A stretch of 59,365 nucleotides of DNA from Eubacteriales bacterium (GTDB lineage: Bacteria > Bacillota > Clostridia > Oscillospirales > CAG-272). Of the stretch, positions 1 through 8,608 are shown in pieces (position 1 is the stretch's first letter; each line of letters starts with the position of its first letter). The stretch lies in the NCBI GenBank assembly GCA_045587985.1, contig JAZNDG010000058.1:1-59365 (forward strand), read 5' to 3'. The translations under genes were made by a program, and so were the position numbers. The notes under the pieces are model-generated. The model was not told where the DNA came from. It did not search any database and saw nothing but the letters and a program-made list of their open reading frames with translations.

Positions 1-918
1 GCGGCATTCAAAGATCCTGATCGCCTCTCCCTCGTTGGGGGTGGCGGGGGAAAGCGGGGGGGACGAGGCACAAAACAGCCGCTCGGAGAGCTCGGCAAGC
101 ACAGGGTGCTTGGCGCGGAGATTGTCCTTCAATACCTCCTCCTCGATGGTGATGCCGTCACGCACGGCAAGCCTCCTTAAGTCGCGCAGGGTGCGCTCAA
201 GCTCGGCATAGGCAAGCGAGCCCTTACGGCGCTCGCTTGGCGGCACCGCAAGGCTCACCGTCACGTCCGAATGGAGGAGCAGGCCCGAGAGCACGCCGCG
301 CTGCAAGGCGGTAAAGCTGGTAAAGCCGTCAATATAGATGTGCGCGCCCTCCAGGGGATCGCACGCGGTAAGGATCTCTCCAAGGCGGGAAAGCCCATCG
401 GCCGGCAGAGAATATCCTGCCCTTTCCAGCGTTCCCGAGAAGGAGGAAAGAAGAAGCGCAAGATCGCACAGCTTGCGGGAGAGCACCCCCTCGCCAAGCT
501 CCTTTGCCGCCCGGTACAGGGCATCCGGCGTGATGCCCGAGAGCTTGCAATCCCGGATAGCGGCCGTTACCTCGCCGATGCGGGCAACGTCAAGCCGCCG
601 CTTGTCGGTAAGAAGCTCGGCAACGTCAAGGGTTGCCTCTCTTGCAAGGAGGGCCAAAAGACCGCCGCTTGCATAGCGGGCACTGATGCCGCCCACACGG
701 CGGAACACCGTGTCGGCAAGCCTTGTGAAGTTGGTGACCTCAAAAAAGAGGGGCGCATTTTGCGGCAGGCGGAGGGCGGCCATCTTCTCCACGCTGACGG
801 TATTCTGCTCGGGCACAACGAGAAAGGAGGGGATGCCGGCCGCGATATCGGCCGAGATCTCCTCAAGGAGGCGTGTTGTTTTTCCCGTGCCAAAGGCACC
901 TAAGAGCAGCTTCAGCAT
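1..918 (-). CDS. addB: AddB/RexB-like helicase-nuclease subunit B, N-terminal part (continues past the left edge)
   Basis: Not in the ORF track because no stop lies in the window. My translation of the minus strand from ATG (916-918) gives MLKLLLGAFGTGKTTRLLEEISADIAAGIPSFLVVPEQNTVSVEKMAA..., open to position 1. A P-loop GAFGTGKT sits at residues 7-14, as at AddB N-termini. The gene starts 3 nt after the stop of the upstream gene. Confidence 0.55.
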   Translation of the reverse strand, partial: MLKLLLGAFGTGKTTRLLEEISADIAAGIPSFLVVPEQNTVSVEKMAALRLPQNAPLFFEVTNFTRLADTVFRRVGGISARYASGGLLALLAREATLDVAELLTDKRRLDVARIGEVTAAIRDCKLSGITPDALYRAAKELGEGVLSRKLCDLALLLSSFSGTLERAGYSLPADGLSRLGEILTACDPLEGAHIYIDGFTSFTALQRGVLSGLLLHSDVTVSLAVPPSERRKGSLAYAELERTLRDLRRLAVRDGITIEEEVLKDNLRAKHPVLAELSERLFCASSPPLSPATPNEGEAIRIFECR

Positions 919-921
919 GCG

Positions 922-1479
922 TTAATGAGAAAGTAAGGAATACCCCCCGCCGCGATGGGCAAGGAGGATCCGCCTTCCGTTCCTTTCAAGCTTTTTTCGT
1001 AGATAGTGGATATAGACCCGCACGCTCCCCTCGGGATCGGATGCCCCGGGAAAGACGCGGGATGCAAGATGCGCGCGCGAAACCGTTTTCCCTTCCGCCT
1101 CGTAAAGCACGCGCAAAAGCGCCGCTTCGCAGTCGGTAAGGTCGACCGCCTCTCCCGAAACCGTCACGCTCTTAAAGTCGTGACTCGGCAAAAGGGCGCG
1201 CTCGGTATCGCCTTGGGAAAGAAGACGGCGCAGGGCCTCCATCGGGAAGGGGCGGTGCAAAAGACGCTTTCCGTCCCCCTCGCCGCGGGTATAGCCGATG
1301 CTTCCATCCCCTCCTTCGGCAGGGCCTGCATAGTCAAGGTCGTAAAGAAGGAGAGAGGAGGGCGGGATCGGCTCGCCCCGCTTTATGCGCTTTACCGTAA
1401 AGAGGGTGGAAAGCTCAAGCTCCAATGTACGGGTAAAGGGGTCGGCCGGGTCGGCAAGAAGGCAGGCAAGCTTATCCAT
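922..1479 (-). CDS. winged-helix (OmpR/PhoB-type) DNA-binding protein without a recognisable receiver domain
   Basis: Track ORF 922..1635. Its first 52 codons overlap nnr. ATG at 1477-1479 (MDKLACLL...) overlaps the nnr stop by 8 nt. The C-terminal ~95 aa look like Trans_reg_C (LTDCEAALLRVLYEAEGKTVSRAHL...VRVYIHYLRKKLE...GGGYSL). I see no receiver-domain motifs in the N-terminal ~90 aa. Confidence 0.55.
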   Translation of the reverse strand: MDKLACLLADPADPFTRTLELELSTLFTVKRIKRGEPIPPSSLLLYDLDYAGPAEGGDGSIGYTRGEGDGKRLLHRPFPMEALRRLLSQGDTERALLPSHDFKSVTVSGEAVDLTDCEAALLRVLYEAEGKTVSRAHLASRVFPGASDPEGSVRVYIHYLRKKLERNGRRILLAHRGGGYSLLSH

Positions 1480-2974
1480 GGTAGGCCTCCGCAAGAAGGT
1501 GTGACATCCTGTTTGCAAGCTCGGCAGGGCGCACCCCGAGGGGGGAATGCTCGGCAAGGGCTGCATCCCCTGCCGCACCGTGCAGGCAGGCGGCAAGGCG
1601 GCAGGCATCAAAGGGTGTACAGCCCGAGGCAACAAGTGCGGCCACAGCCCCTGCCAAAACGTCCCCGCTTCCGCCCTTGCTAAGGGCGGGGCCGCCTGTT
1701 GTGTTGATCGAATACTCCTCTTCCGAATAGACGATCGAGCCTGCGCCCTTCAAGAGAAGCGTCACGGGATATTCGGCGGCAAAGCGCTGTGCAAGAGAAA
1801 GGCGGTCCTTCTGCACCTCGGCCGCCGTAAGGCCCACAAGACGGGCAAATTCTCCCGGATGAGGTGTAAGGATGACCGTGCGTTTTGTATCCTTTAAAAG
1901 GGGGAGGAGCGAAAAATCCGAAAGCGCCCTCAGCGCATCGGCATCTAAAACCAATGGGCACCCCTCGCTCTTAAGAAGGGCGGAGAGGATCTCGGAAAGC
2001 GCTTCGCTCACCCCGCATCCGGGGCCGAGCAGCAGGGCGCTCTTTCCGCTTGAAAGCGCAAGGGCTGCACCCCCCGATGTGGGCGCATCCTCAAGGATCA
2101 CCTCGGGCGTGCGGATGGCGGATGCCGCCTGCACCTCGGGGCAGGAGGCAAGGGTCGTCAGCCCCACCCCCATACGGAGGGCGGCCTCGGCGGCAAGGAG
2201 CGCCGCACCGCGATAGCGGCGTGAGCCCGCAAGGATCAGAAGATGCCCAAAGCACCCCTTGTGGGTGTTTTCCTTGCGCACAGGGAGCAGCGAGGGGATA
2301 TCCTTTTCGGTCATAAGACGGTCGGTAAGCGAAAATTCCTTCCGCACGGCGGGCGTATCAAGCCCAAGGTCGTACCGCACGGTGCGCCCGATATAGGCGC
2401 GCGCGGGGTAGGAAAAGAGGCCGCTCTTAAAAAAGCCGAGCGATACGGTAAGATCCGCGGCGGCGGCACATTCATCACACCGCCCGCTTTCGGCATCCAC
2501 CCCAAGCGGCAGGTCGATTGCGATCTTGTAGGCCGTGCTTTCCTTTATAAAGCGGGCCGCCTTGAGCGCTTCACCGTACAGCGGTAAGCGCGCCCCTGTC
2601 CCAAGGACAGCATCCACAAGAACGGATGCCTCTACCCCTATGGCCTCAAAGAGCGAAAGCGGCTCACCGATATGCGCTTGATAGGCGGCAAGATACGCCT
2701 TTCCCGCATCCGATGCCTGCCCCGCGCCGAAGACGTCAACGGCAAGCGCCCGATATCCCATATCGGCAAGCGTAAGGGCGGCGGCATAGCCGTCACCGCC
2801 GTTGTTCTGCTTTCCGCAAAGGAGGAGCACGGTGGCAGGAGGGGCGATATGGTGTGCCACCTCCTCGGCCACTGCTTTGCCTGCCCGCCCCATCAGGGTA
2901 TAGACCGAAAGACCGAGGAGGCCTTCTGCCGCCCGGTCAATTTCCGCAGTGATGGATGGAGATATGGCGATCAT
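1472..2974 (-). CDS. nnr: bifunctional NAD(P)H-hydrate repair enzyme (YjeF_N epimerase + ADP-dependent dehydratase)
   Basis: 500-aa ORF with ATG at 2972-2974. N-terminal half has LLCGKQNNGGDGYAAAL; C-terminal half has LLGPGCG and KGGSGDVLAGAVAAL, typical of the carbohydrate-kinase-like dehydratase domain. Confidence 0.9.
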   Translation of the reverse strand: MIAISPSITAEIDRAAEGLLGLSVYTLMGRAGKAVAEEVAHHIAPPATVLLLCGKQNNGGDGYAAALTLADMGYRALAVDVFGAGQASDAGKAYLAAYQAHIGEPLSLFEAIGVEASVLVDAVLGTGARLPLYGEALKAARFIKESTAYKIAIDLPLGVDAESGRCDECAAAADLTVSLGFFKSGLFSYPARAYIGRTVRYDLGLDTPAVRKEFSLTDRLMTEKDIPSLLPVRKENTHKGCFGHLLILAGSRRYRGAALLAAEAALRMGVGLTTLASCPEVQAASAIRTPEVILEDAPTSGGAALALSSGKSALLLGPGCGVSEALSEILSALLKSEGCPLVLDADALRALSDFSLLPLLKDTKRTVILTPHPGEFARLVGLTAAEVQKDRLSLAQRFAAEYPVTLLLKGAGSIVYSEEEYSINTTGGPALSKGGSGDVLAGAVAALVASGCTPFDACRLAACLHGAAGDAALAEHSPLGVRPAELANRMSHLLAEAYHG

Positions 2975-3130
2975 GGTCTGCCTCCTTCTGGTTCTTTTCT
3001 TCTATTGTATCATGCGCGCACGCAAAATGCAAGAGCGCCGCCTATATCAAGGGCTCTTTACAAAAGGGAAGAGATGTGGTATGATAAAGGGAGTGTTAAG
3101 AAAGGAGTGTGCCCAAGGGCGCGTGATGCT

Positions 3131-4114
3131 ATGCGTGAGCTTCTTGTCGGGAAAAACGATGCAGGCCAGCGGCTTGATAAATTCATCACCAAGGCCCTGC
3201 CGGATCTGCCGCATTCGCTTCTTTATAAATCGGTCAGAACCAAAAAGATCAAGGTGAACCGTAAGCGTGCCGAGATCGGCCGGGTGCTGCTTGAGGGGGA
3301 TACCCTCCAGCTCTTTCTGCCCGAGGAGTACTTCACCGCCGACAGGAGGGATCATTCTCTGCTTTCCTCGGTACGCATCCCCCTTCACGTGATCTACGAG
3401 GATGAGAACATCCTGCTCCTCCGAAAGCCTGCGGGCCTTTCGGTGCATGAGGACGAGGGGGGGAGCGCCCACAACCTCCTCACCGCCCTGCACGCCTACC
3501 TATACCGCAAGGGGGAATACGATCCCAAGGCCGAGCAGTCCTTTGCCCCCGCCCTTTGCAATCGCATAGACCGCAATACGGCGGGCATTGTCATTGCCGC
3601 CAAGAACGCTTGTGCGCTGCGCGTGATGAACGAGAAGATAAAAGCGCGCCAGATCGATAAATTTTACCTTACCGCCGTTCACGGCGTACCGAAGAAAAAA
3701 GAGGCTACCCTCTCTGCTTATCTTCTCCGCAACAGGAATGAAAAGACGGTCAGGATCTATGACCAAAATCCCCCCAAGGAGGCCCTTGCGATCAGAACGC
3801 GCTACCGCACGCTTGCAGAGCACGGCGGTCTTGCGCTCCTTGAGGTCGAGCTTCTGACAGGGCGCACCCACCAGATCCGCGCCCATCTTGCCCACATCGG
3901 CCACCCCCTCCTCGGGGACGGCAAGTACGGAAAAAACGCCGCCGACAGGGCAAGGGGATACGCCCACCAGGCCCTTGCGGCCTACCGCCTGCGCTTTTCC
4001 TTCAGCGGCGAGCCGACCCTCCTTGATTACCTTACGGGCAAGGAGTTCACCATCCCCTATACCGAGTTCCCCTTTCTTAAGGAATTTCCGGGCTTTGATC
4101 CCGAAAGCCTATAA
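3131..4114 (+). CDS. RluA-family (RluC/RluD-like) rRNA pseudouridine synthase with S4-like N-terminus
   Basis: Track ORF 2672..4114 overlaps nnr on the other strand. Internal ATG at 3131 gives MRELLVGKNDAGQRLDKFITKALP (S4-like). Catalytic-loop motif NRIDRNTAGIVIAAK and C-terminal HQIRAHLAHIGHPLLGDGKYG are present. Confidence 0.85.
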   Translation: MRELLVGKNDAGQRLDKFITKALPDLPHSLLYKSVRTKKIKVNRKRAEIGRVLLEGDTLQLFLPEEYFTADRRDHSLLSSVRIPLHVIYEDENILLLRKPAGLSVHEDEGGSAHNLLTALHAYLYRKGEYDPKAEQSFAPALCNRIDRNTAGIVIAAKNACALRVMNEKIKARQIDKFYLTAVHGVPKKKEATLSAYLLRNRNEKTVRIYDQNPPKEALAIRTRYRTLAEHGGLALLEVELLTGRTHQIRAHLAHIGHPLLGDGKYGKNAADRARGYAHQALAAYRLRFSFSGEPTLLDYLTGKEFTIPYTEFPFLKEFPGFDPESL

Positions 4115-4143
4115 AAAACCGCCTCTGCCGAGGCGGCTTTTTA
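4113..4143. terminator. bidirectional rho-independent terminator
   Basis: A-run, stem CCGCCTC (4119-4125), loop TGCC, stem GAGGCGG (4130-4136), T-run. It lies between convergent genes. Confidence 0.75.
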
Positions 4144-4146
4144 TTA

Positions 4147-4674
4147 TTACACTCCCTCGGGAGCCAGAAAGGCAAGCCCCGATACGATCCCCTGCTTGAC
4201 AAGAAAGGAGATCAACCACATAATGACCCCCGCGGTCAGGACCCCAAGGAAGATCGAGAGGAAGGCATATCGCTTCTTCATATCGAGCAGGGCGGCAATG
4301 AGGCTGCCTGTCCAGGCGCCCGTGCCGGGCAGGGGGATGGCCACAAAGAGATAAAGGCCGAAAACGGCGTATTTTTGCACCTTATGGAAATTCTTTTGTG
4401 CCTTTTCGGTGACAAAGGTCGAAACCCTTCTGAAAAAGCCGACCCTTGATCTTTGCATAAACGAGAGAATGCTTTTGATGAAAAAGAGGATAAAGGGCAC
4501 CGGCAGGCAGTTGCCGAGGATGGCAAGGCCGTATGTGAAGAAGGGATCAAGATCAAACCCAAGCCCATAAGGGATCGCGCCGCGCAGCTCGATCAGCGGT
4601 ACCATGGACATGAGAAATACAATAAGATAATGCAAAGCGCTCCTCCCTTCGTCTTGATAAGGAAAGTATAACAC
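4147..4674 (-). CDS. small multidrug-export-like membrane protein (Sm_multidrug_ex / COG2426 family)
   Basis: Four to five hydrophobic segments and the family-typical MVPLIELRGAIPYGL...ILGNCLPVPFILFF. The track start at 4674 is GTG with AAGGGG 4-5 nt upstream. ATG alternatives lie at 4611 and 4605. Confidence 0.65.
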   Translation of the reverse strand: MLYFPYQDEGRSALHYLIVFLMSMVPLIELRGAIPYGLGFDLDPFFTYGLAILGNCLPVPFILFFIKSILSFMQRSRVGFFRRVSTFVTEKAQKNFHKVQKYAVFGLYLFVAIPLPGTGAWTGSLIAALLDMKKRYAFLSIFLGVLTAGVIMWLISFLVKQGIVSGLAFLAPEGV

Positions 4675-4752
4675 AAAACCCCTTGCAATGCAAGGGGCTT
4701 TTTCACTTGATCGGAATACAGGCGGTGGCGCCCCATGGGCGGGGCAGAGCCC

Positions 4753-4986
4753 TCACGGCGTCTGCCCCCCGCTTGAGGTGTCCTCGGGCAGGGTAAGATC
4801 AAGCGGCGCATCGATCTCCTCGCCCACGTATTTTCCGTTCTTTTTCCTCTGCTTCACGCACTCTGTGAGAAGGTATTCGATCTGGCCGTTTACCGAGCGG
4901 AAGTCATCCTCCGCCCAGCCCGCGATCGCCTCGTAAAGCTTGGGGGAAAGCCGCAGGGGGACCTGCTTTTTCGTTTGATCGTTCAT
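4753..4986 (-). CDS. ribbon-helix-helix (Arc/MetJ-like) small DNA-binding protein
   Basis: MNDQTKKQVPLRLSPKLYEAIAGWAEDDFRSVNGQIEYLLTECVKQRKK followed by an acidic tail. The true ATG is at 4984-4986 (the track start at 4989 is TTG). It overlaps the TGA of the upstream SPFH gene by 1 nt (TGATG). Confidence 0.6.
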   Translation of the reverse strand: MNDQTKKQVPLRLSPKLYEAIAGWAEDDFRSVNGQIEYLLTECVKQRKKNGKYVGEEIDAPLDLTLPEDTSSGGQTP

Positions 4987-5999
4987 CAATAAAGGCTCCC
5001 CGAATTGACGATGGGCGTGGCATCACGGTTGCCGCAAAGCACCACAAGAAGGTTCGAAACCATCGCGGCCTTGCGCTCCTCGTCAAGCGCCACCGTGCCG
5101 TTCGCGGCAAGGCGCTCAAGCGCCATCTCCACCATGCCGACAGCACCGTCCACGATCATCTTGCGTGCATCGATGATGGCAGAGGCCTGCTGGCGCTGGA
5201 GCATGACGGCGGCGATCTCGGTGGCGTAGGCAAGGTAGGTGATGCGCGCCTCAATGATCTCAATGCCGGCATCCTTCACGCGCTCATCGATCTCATCGCG
5301 GATGCGGGAGGCCACCACATCACTCGAGCCGCGCAGCGAGCCGTCATCGGCAAGCCCGTCCCCTGTCGTATCCACGTTGGGTGCTACGTCATAAGGATAA
5401 AGGCGCACGATGTTACGCAAGGAAGCATCGCACTGGAGCGAGAGAAATTCCTTGTAGTTATCCACGTTAAAGACCGCCTTTGCCGTATCGGTGATGCGCC
5501 AGGTGACGGCAATACCGATCTCAATGGGGTTGCCAAGGCAGTCGTTGATCTTCTGCTTGTTGTTCGAGAGGGTCATGATCTTCAAGGAGATCTTCTTTGA
5601 GGGGATCTCGGCCACCACCCCCTTTTCGCTCTTCACAAGCGTTGCGGTGGTCACGTCCCCACTCTGGTTGAGCTTGGTCTTGGCGGCAGGGTTTACGGCC
5701 ACCGTGAAGGGGTTGACAAAGTAAAAGCCCGCCTCGCGCAAGGTGCCTACGTACTTACCGAAAAGGGTCAGGACAAGCGCCTCCTGCGGGCGCAGGACCT
5801 TAAAGCCGGGGATCAGGATCCAAACAAGGCAGATATAGGTGAGGCCCACGGCAAAGAGCAGGATCGAGAGGACGTTGCCGTCCCTTTCAAGACCGATGCC
5901 GCCATACACCGTCATAGCCGTGGCAAGCAGAAAGAGAAGGATCAGTGTGATAAGCACCGCCATACCGTTCTTTTTCGAGCGTAAAATTTTTTCAGTCAT
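4986..5999 (-). CDS. SPFH/band-7 domain membrane protein
   Basis: 337 aa with ATG at 5997-5999. Two N-terminal TM segments are followed by a stomatin/prohibitin-like core and the coiled A/Q-rich segment ATEIAAVMLQRQQASAIIDARKMIVDGAVGMV. Confidence 0.85.
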   Translation of the reverse strand: MTEKILRSKKNGMAVLITLILLFLLATAMTVYGGIGLERDGNVLSILLFAVGLTYICLVWILIPGFKVLRPQEALVLTLFGKYVGTLREAGFYFVNPFTVAVNPAAKTKLNQSGDVTTATLVKSEKGVVAEIPSKKISLKIMTLSNNKQKINDCLGNPIEIGIAVTWRITDTAKAVFNVDNYKEFLSLQCDASLRNIVRLYPYDVAPNVDTTGDGLADDGSLRGSSDVVASRIRDEIDERVKDAGIEIIEARITYLAYATEIAAVMLQRQQASAIIDARKMIVDGAVGMVEMALERLAANGTVALDEERKAAMVSNLLVVLCGNRDATPIVNSGSLY

Positions 6000-6075
6000 C
6001 AGAAAAGACCTCCTTACTTGATATCAAAATGATATCATATCGGGAGGCCTTTGTCAAGAGGGTGCTTGAAAATTT

Positions 6076-7020
6076 TTAAGGCTTGCAGCTGCCGCACGGG
6101 TCAAAGCCCATACGGATGAGATAGGAGCGCCTTTGCACGTACACATCTCGGTTCGCATCGCTGATGGAGGAGGCGTGGGGGCAGTCCTCCTTATGGAACT
6201 TCATGGTGTTCGAGTTCACGATATAGGTGAGAAGCGGCTCGGAGAGCTCCTCCTCGCTCGGTGCGCTCGTTGCGGGGGGCGCGCTTGTCGTGGGGGGCGC
6301 GCTTGCAAGATGGCTTTCGCCGGTTGCGTAGTTGATCACGATACCCGGCTGGACATTATAGACGAATACGCAGAAGGAAAGGCCCGCGCCCGCATCCTCC
6401 ACCGAATACGCCTCCATCAGAACGCCGTCCGCCACAAGATTCTCTCCGCGGAAGATGGGGGTGACACGGAAAAGCACATGGTTCTCGGTGTCCTTCACGT
6501 AGTCGGCCACCTCGTTCTCAAAGGGGAGCATGCCGTCCACATTCATATAGCGCGTGCCGGTGATCAGGTTCTTCTCGTTCGCGTTCTCGGCCGTCAGCTG
6601 AAAGCCGATCAGGTGGCAGCGGTTGTAAAGATACTTGCCGTTGACAATATCGTACTTCACGGTGTGCCAGCCGGAGGGCTTGATCATCCCGATCGAGCCG
6701 CGGTCCTCGGTGGGCATCAGATCGATCCCGACAGAGGCAAGGGCCGCCCCGCACCGCCCGAGCGCGTCAAGCGAGGCATATTCCTCAAAGGAGGTGCGTG
6801 CGCGCGCAAGCTCGGCCTCGGTAAAGGAGGGCTCGTTTTCGCTTACGATGACATAGGGGGAGCCGGTATAGGCCGGGATATCGTTTGGCCCTGCGGCGCT
6901 CGGCGGCAGCGTGGTGGCCGCGGTGGTGGTATCCTCCCCACCGCCGAAATCACAGCCGACAAAAAGGAGCGAGAGGGCTAAAAGAAGGGCAAGGATGGAT
7001 AGATATTTTGCTTTTTTCAT
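6076..7020 (-). CDS. secreted DNA/RNA non-specific endonuclease lipoprotein (DNA-entry nuclease / EndA-like) with C-terminal Cys-rich domain
   Basis: ATG at 7018-7020 (the track start 7035 is TTG), with GAGG 9 nt upstream. Lipobox LSLLFVGC. Core motifs are LDALGRCGAA...YNRCHLIGFQL...NLITGTRYMNVDGMLPFE. The tail is KFHKEDCPHA...GFDPCGSCKP. Confidence 0.85.
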   Translation of the reverse strand: MKKAKYLSILALLLALSLLFVGCDFGGGEDTTTAATTLPPSAAGPNDIPAYTGSPYVIVSENEPSFTEAELARARTSFEEYASLDALGRCGAALASVGIDLMPTEDRGSIGMIKPSGWHTVKYDIVNGKYLYNRCHLIGFQLTAENANEKNLITGTRYMNVDGMLPFENEVADYVKDTENHVLFRVTPIFRGENLVADGVLMEAYSVEDAGAGLSFCVFVYNVQPGIVINYATGESHLASAPPTTSAPPATSAPSEEELSEPLLTYIVNSNTMKFHKEDCPHASSISDANRDVYVQRRSYLIRMGFDPCGSCKP

Positions 7021-7038
7021 CGTGACATACCTCAAGAA

Positions 7039-8151
7039 TTATACAAGAAAGCCTTCAAAAAAGGAAAGAATGCGGGAATAGGGAACATCCGCGGGCGTGT
7101 GTGCGCGCACGGCCGCTGCAAGCTCAAATGCCAGGTCCTCCTTAAGCGCAAGGGCCAGGGGGCTTTCGCCGTTCTTTATGCAAAGGTTTAATTCATCAAG
7201 CTGGCAAAAGGCCTTTTTGGTGATGTTCGTAGAGCCGAGCGAGATCTCCTTTTCGGAGAGGACGAGCTTTGTGTGCAGCATCTTCCTTGAAAGATAGACC
7301 TCAACTAAGCCGCCGCTTTCCTTAAGAAGGCGGCATACCGCTTTGCGGTTGGTGTCGTTTTGAAAATTGGCCGAGGATGGGATCATGATCCGCACCCGCA
7401 CACCGCGCGCGGCCGCATCCAGGATCGCGCCGAGAAAGCGGGGCAGGGGAGAGAGATAGGCCATCACAACGAGCAGCTCGCGCTCGGCAGCGTTTATTAG
7501 GGAAAGATAATGCTCCTCCATCAGCTGCCGCCCGGTTTCCTTCCTGTTATGGGGAAAGGAAAGGTCGCCGTACAGGATGTCACCGCCCTGCCATGCGCGA
7601 AGGAAGGAGGCTACCGTATCCCTGCCCTCGGCCCTTACCATATAGTCGCCATAGACGCGGCCGCACAGGTCGGCACCGCACTCCTTATCCTCGATATTGA
7701 TACCGCCGAGGAAAAGCACCCTTCCATCCATGATATAAAACTTGGAATGGTCGGCGCGGAAGCTGTCGGCAACGGTAACGTTTTCGTGCCCTGTGAGGCG
7801 GTTATACAGCGTGCTTTCCGCTTCCTTTTTCCATCCGCCCGCGTATGGCGCGTAAAGATGGGCAAGGGCGCTCGCCTTGATCCGCTCGGTAAGCGTCAGG
7901 CGGCGGTGGAGAAAGGAAAGGCGGCTTTCCTCGGCTGCCTCAAGCACCGCGCCGTAGCGGTCCTTTTCCACCGTAACGCGCACGCCGCGCTCGGCCGCGG
8001 CAAGAAGGGCCTCGGCCATTTTCCTTCCGATCCCGTCCTCCCGCCAGATAAACATATGAACAAGGATGCTTTCCTTTGCTTCTTCAATGGCAGAGAGAAT
8101 GGCGGGAAAGGCCTCGCTTCCGCCGCGGAGCAGGGTAAGCCCCTCGGTCAT
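7039..8151 (-). CDS. phospholipase D-family protein (two HKD motifs; cardiolipin-synthase-like, no TM segment seen)
   Basis: HKD motifs DHSKFYIMDGRVLFLGGINI and LHTKLVLSEKEISLGSTNI. ATG at 8149-8151 overlaps the upstream stop by 4 nt (ATGA). Confidence 0.8.
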   Translation of the reverse strand: MTEGLTLLRGGSEAFPAILSAIEEAKESILVHMFIWREDGIGRKMAEALLAAAERGVRVTVEKDRYGAVLEAAEESRLSFLHRRLTLTERIKASALAHLYAPYAGGWKKEAESTLYNRLTGHENVTVADSFRADHSKFYIMDGRVLFLGGINIEDKECGADLCGRVYGDYMVRAEGRDTVASFLRAWQGGDILYGDLSFPHNRKETGRQLMEEHYLSLINAAERELLVVMAYLSPLPRFLGAILDAAARGVRVRIMIPSSANFQNDTNRKAVCRLLKESGGLVEVYLSRKMLHTKLVLSEKEISLGSTNITKKAFCQLDELNLCIKNGESPLALALKEDLAFELAAAVRAHTPADVPYSRILSFFEGFLV

Positions 8152-8573
8152 GCCCGCTTCTCCGTGTCCGCCTCGATCGCCGCCACAAGGGCGGAAAGCT
8201 CACCGATCATTTCATGGATCGGCAGGGGCCTTACCCCCACCACCTGCGTGCTGCAGCGGTTCACCGGCAAAAGAAGCTTTTCGGCCCTTGACTGGCCGAT
8301 GGCCACCGCCATCGCCGGTGTCACCTCGCCAAGCAGGGCATCGGCAGAAAGAATGCCGATCGGGCCGATGATCACGTCTGCATCCCGTGCGGCCACCACA
8401 ACGGGGTTCTCCCCGGTCGCACCCCGGTCCGCCCCGGCTTTGATCATCGCGGCGGTGGCAGAGGAATTGGTGCCGATGGCCAAAATTTCACGCGTGGGCA
8501 GGGTTCTTTTCAGCTCCTCGCACACAAGCGCGCCGATGCGGCCGCCCTGGCCGTCAATCACAACGATCTTCAT
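8148..8573 (-). CDS. DUF3842-family protein
   Basis: MKIVVIDGQGGRIGALV...ILAIGTNSSATAAMIKAGADRGATGENPVVVAARDADVIIGPIGIL matches my memory of DUF3842. ATG at 8571-8573 has GAAGGAG 7 nt upstream. The longer track start (8612) is less likely. Confidence 0.65.
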   Translation of the reverse strand: MKIVVIDGQGGRIGALVCEELKRTLPTREILAIGTNSSATAAMIKAGADRGATGENPVVVAARDADVIIGPIGILSADALLGEVTPAMAVAIGQSRAEKLLLPVNRCSTQVVGVRPLPIHEMIGELSALVAAIEADTEKRA

Positions 8574-8608
8574 ACGGTACTCCTTCACCCTTTCGGTGGC
8601 GGCATGCT

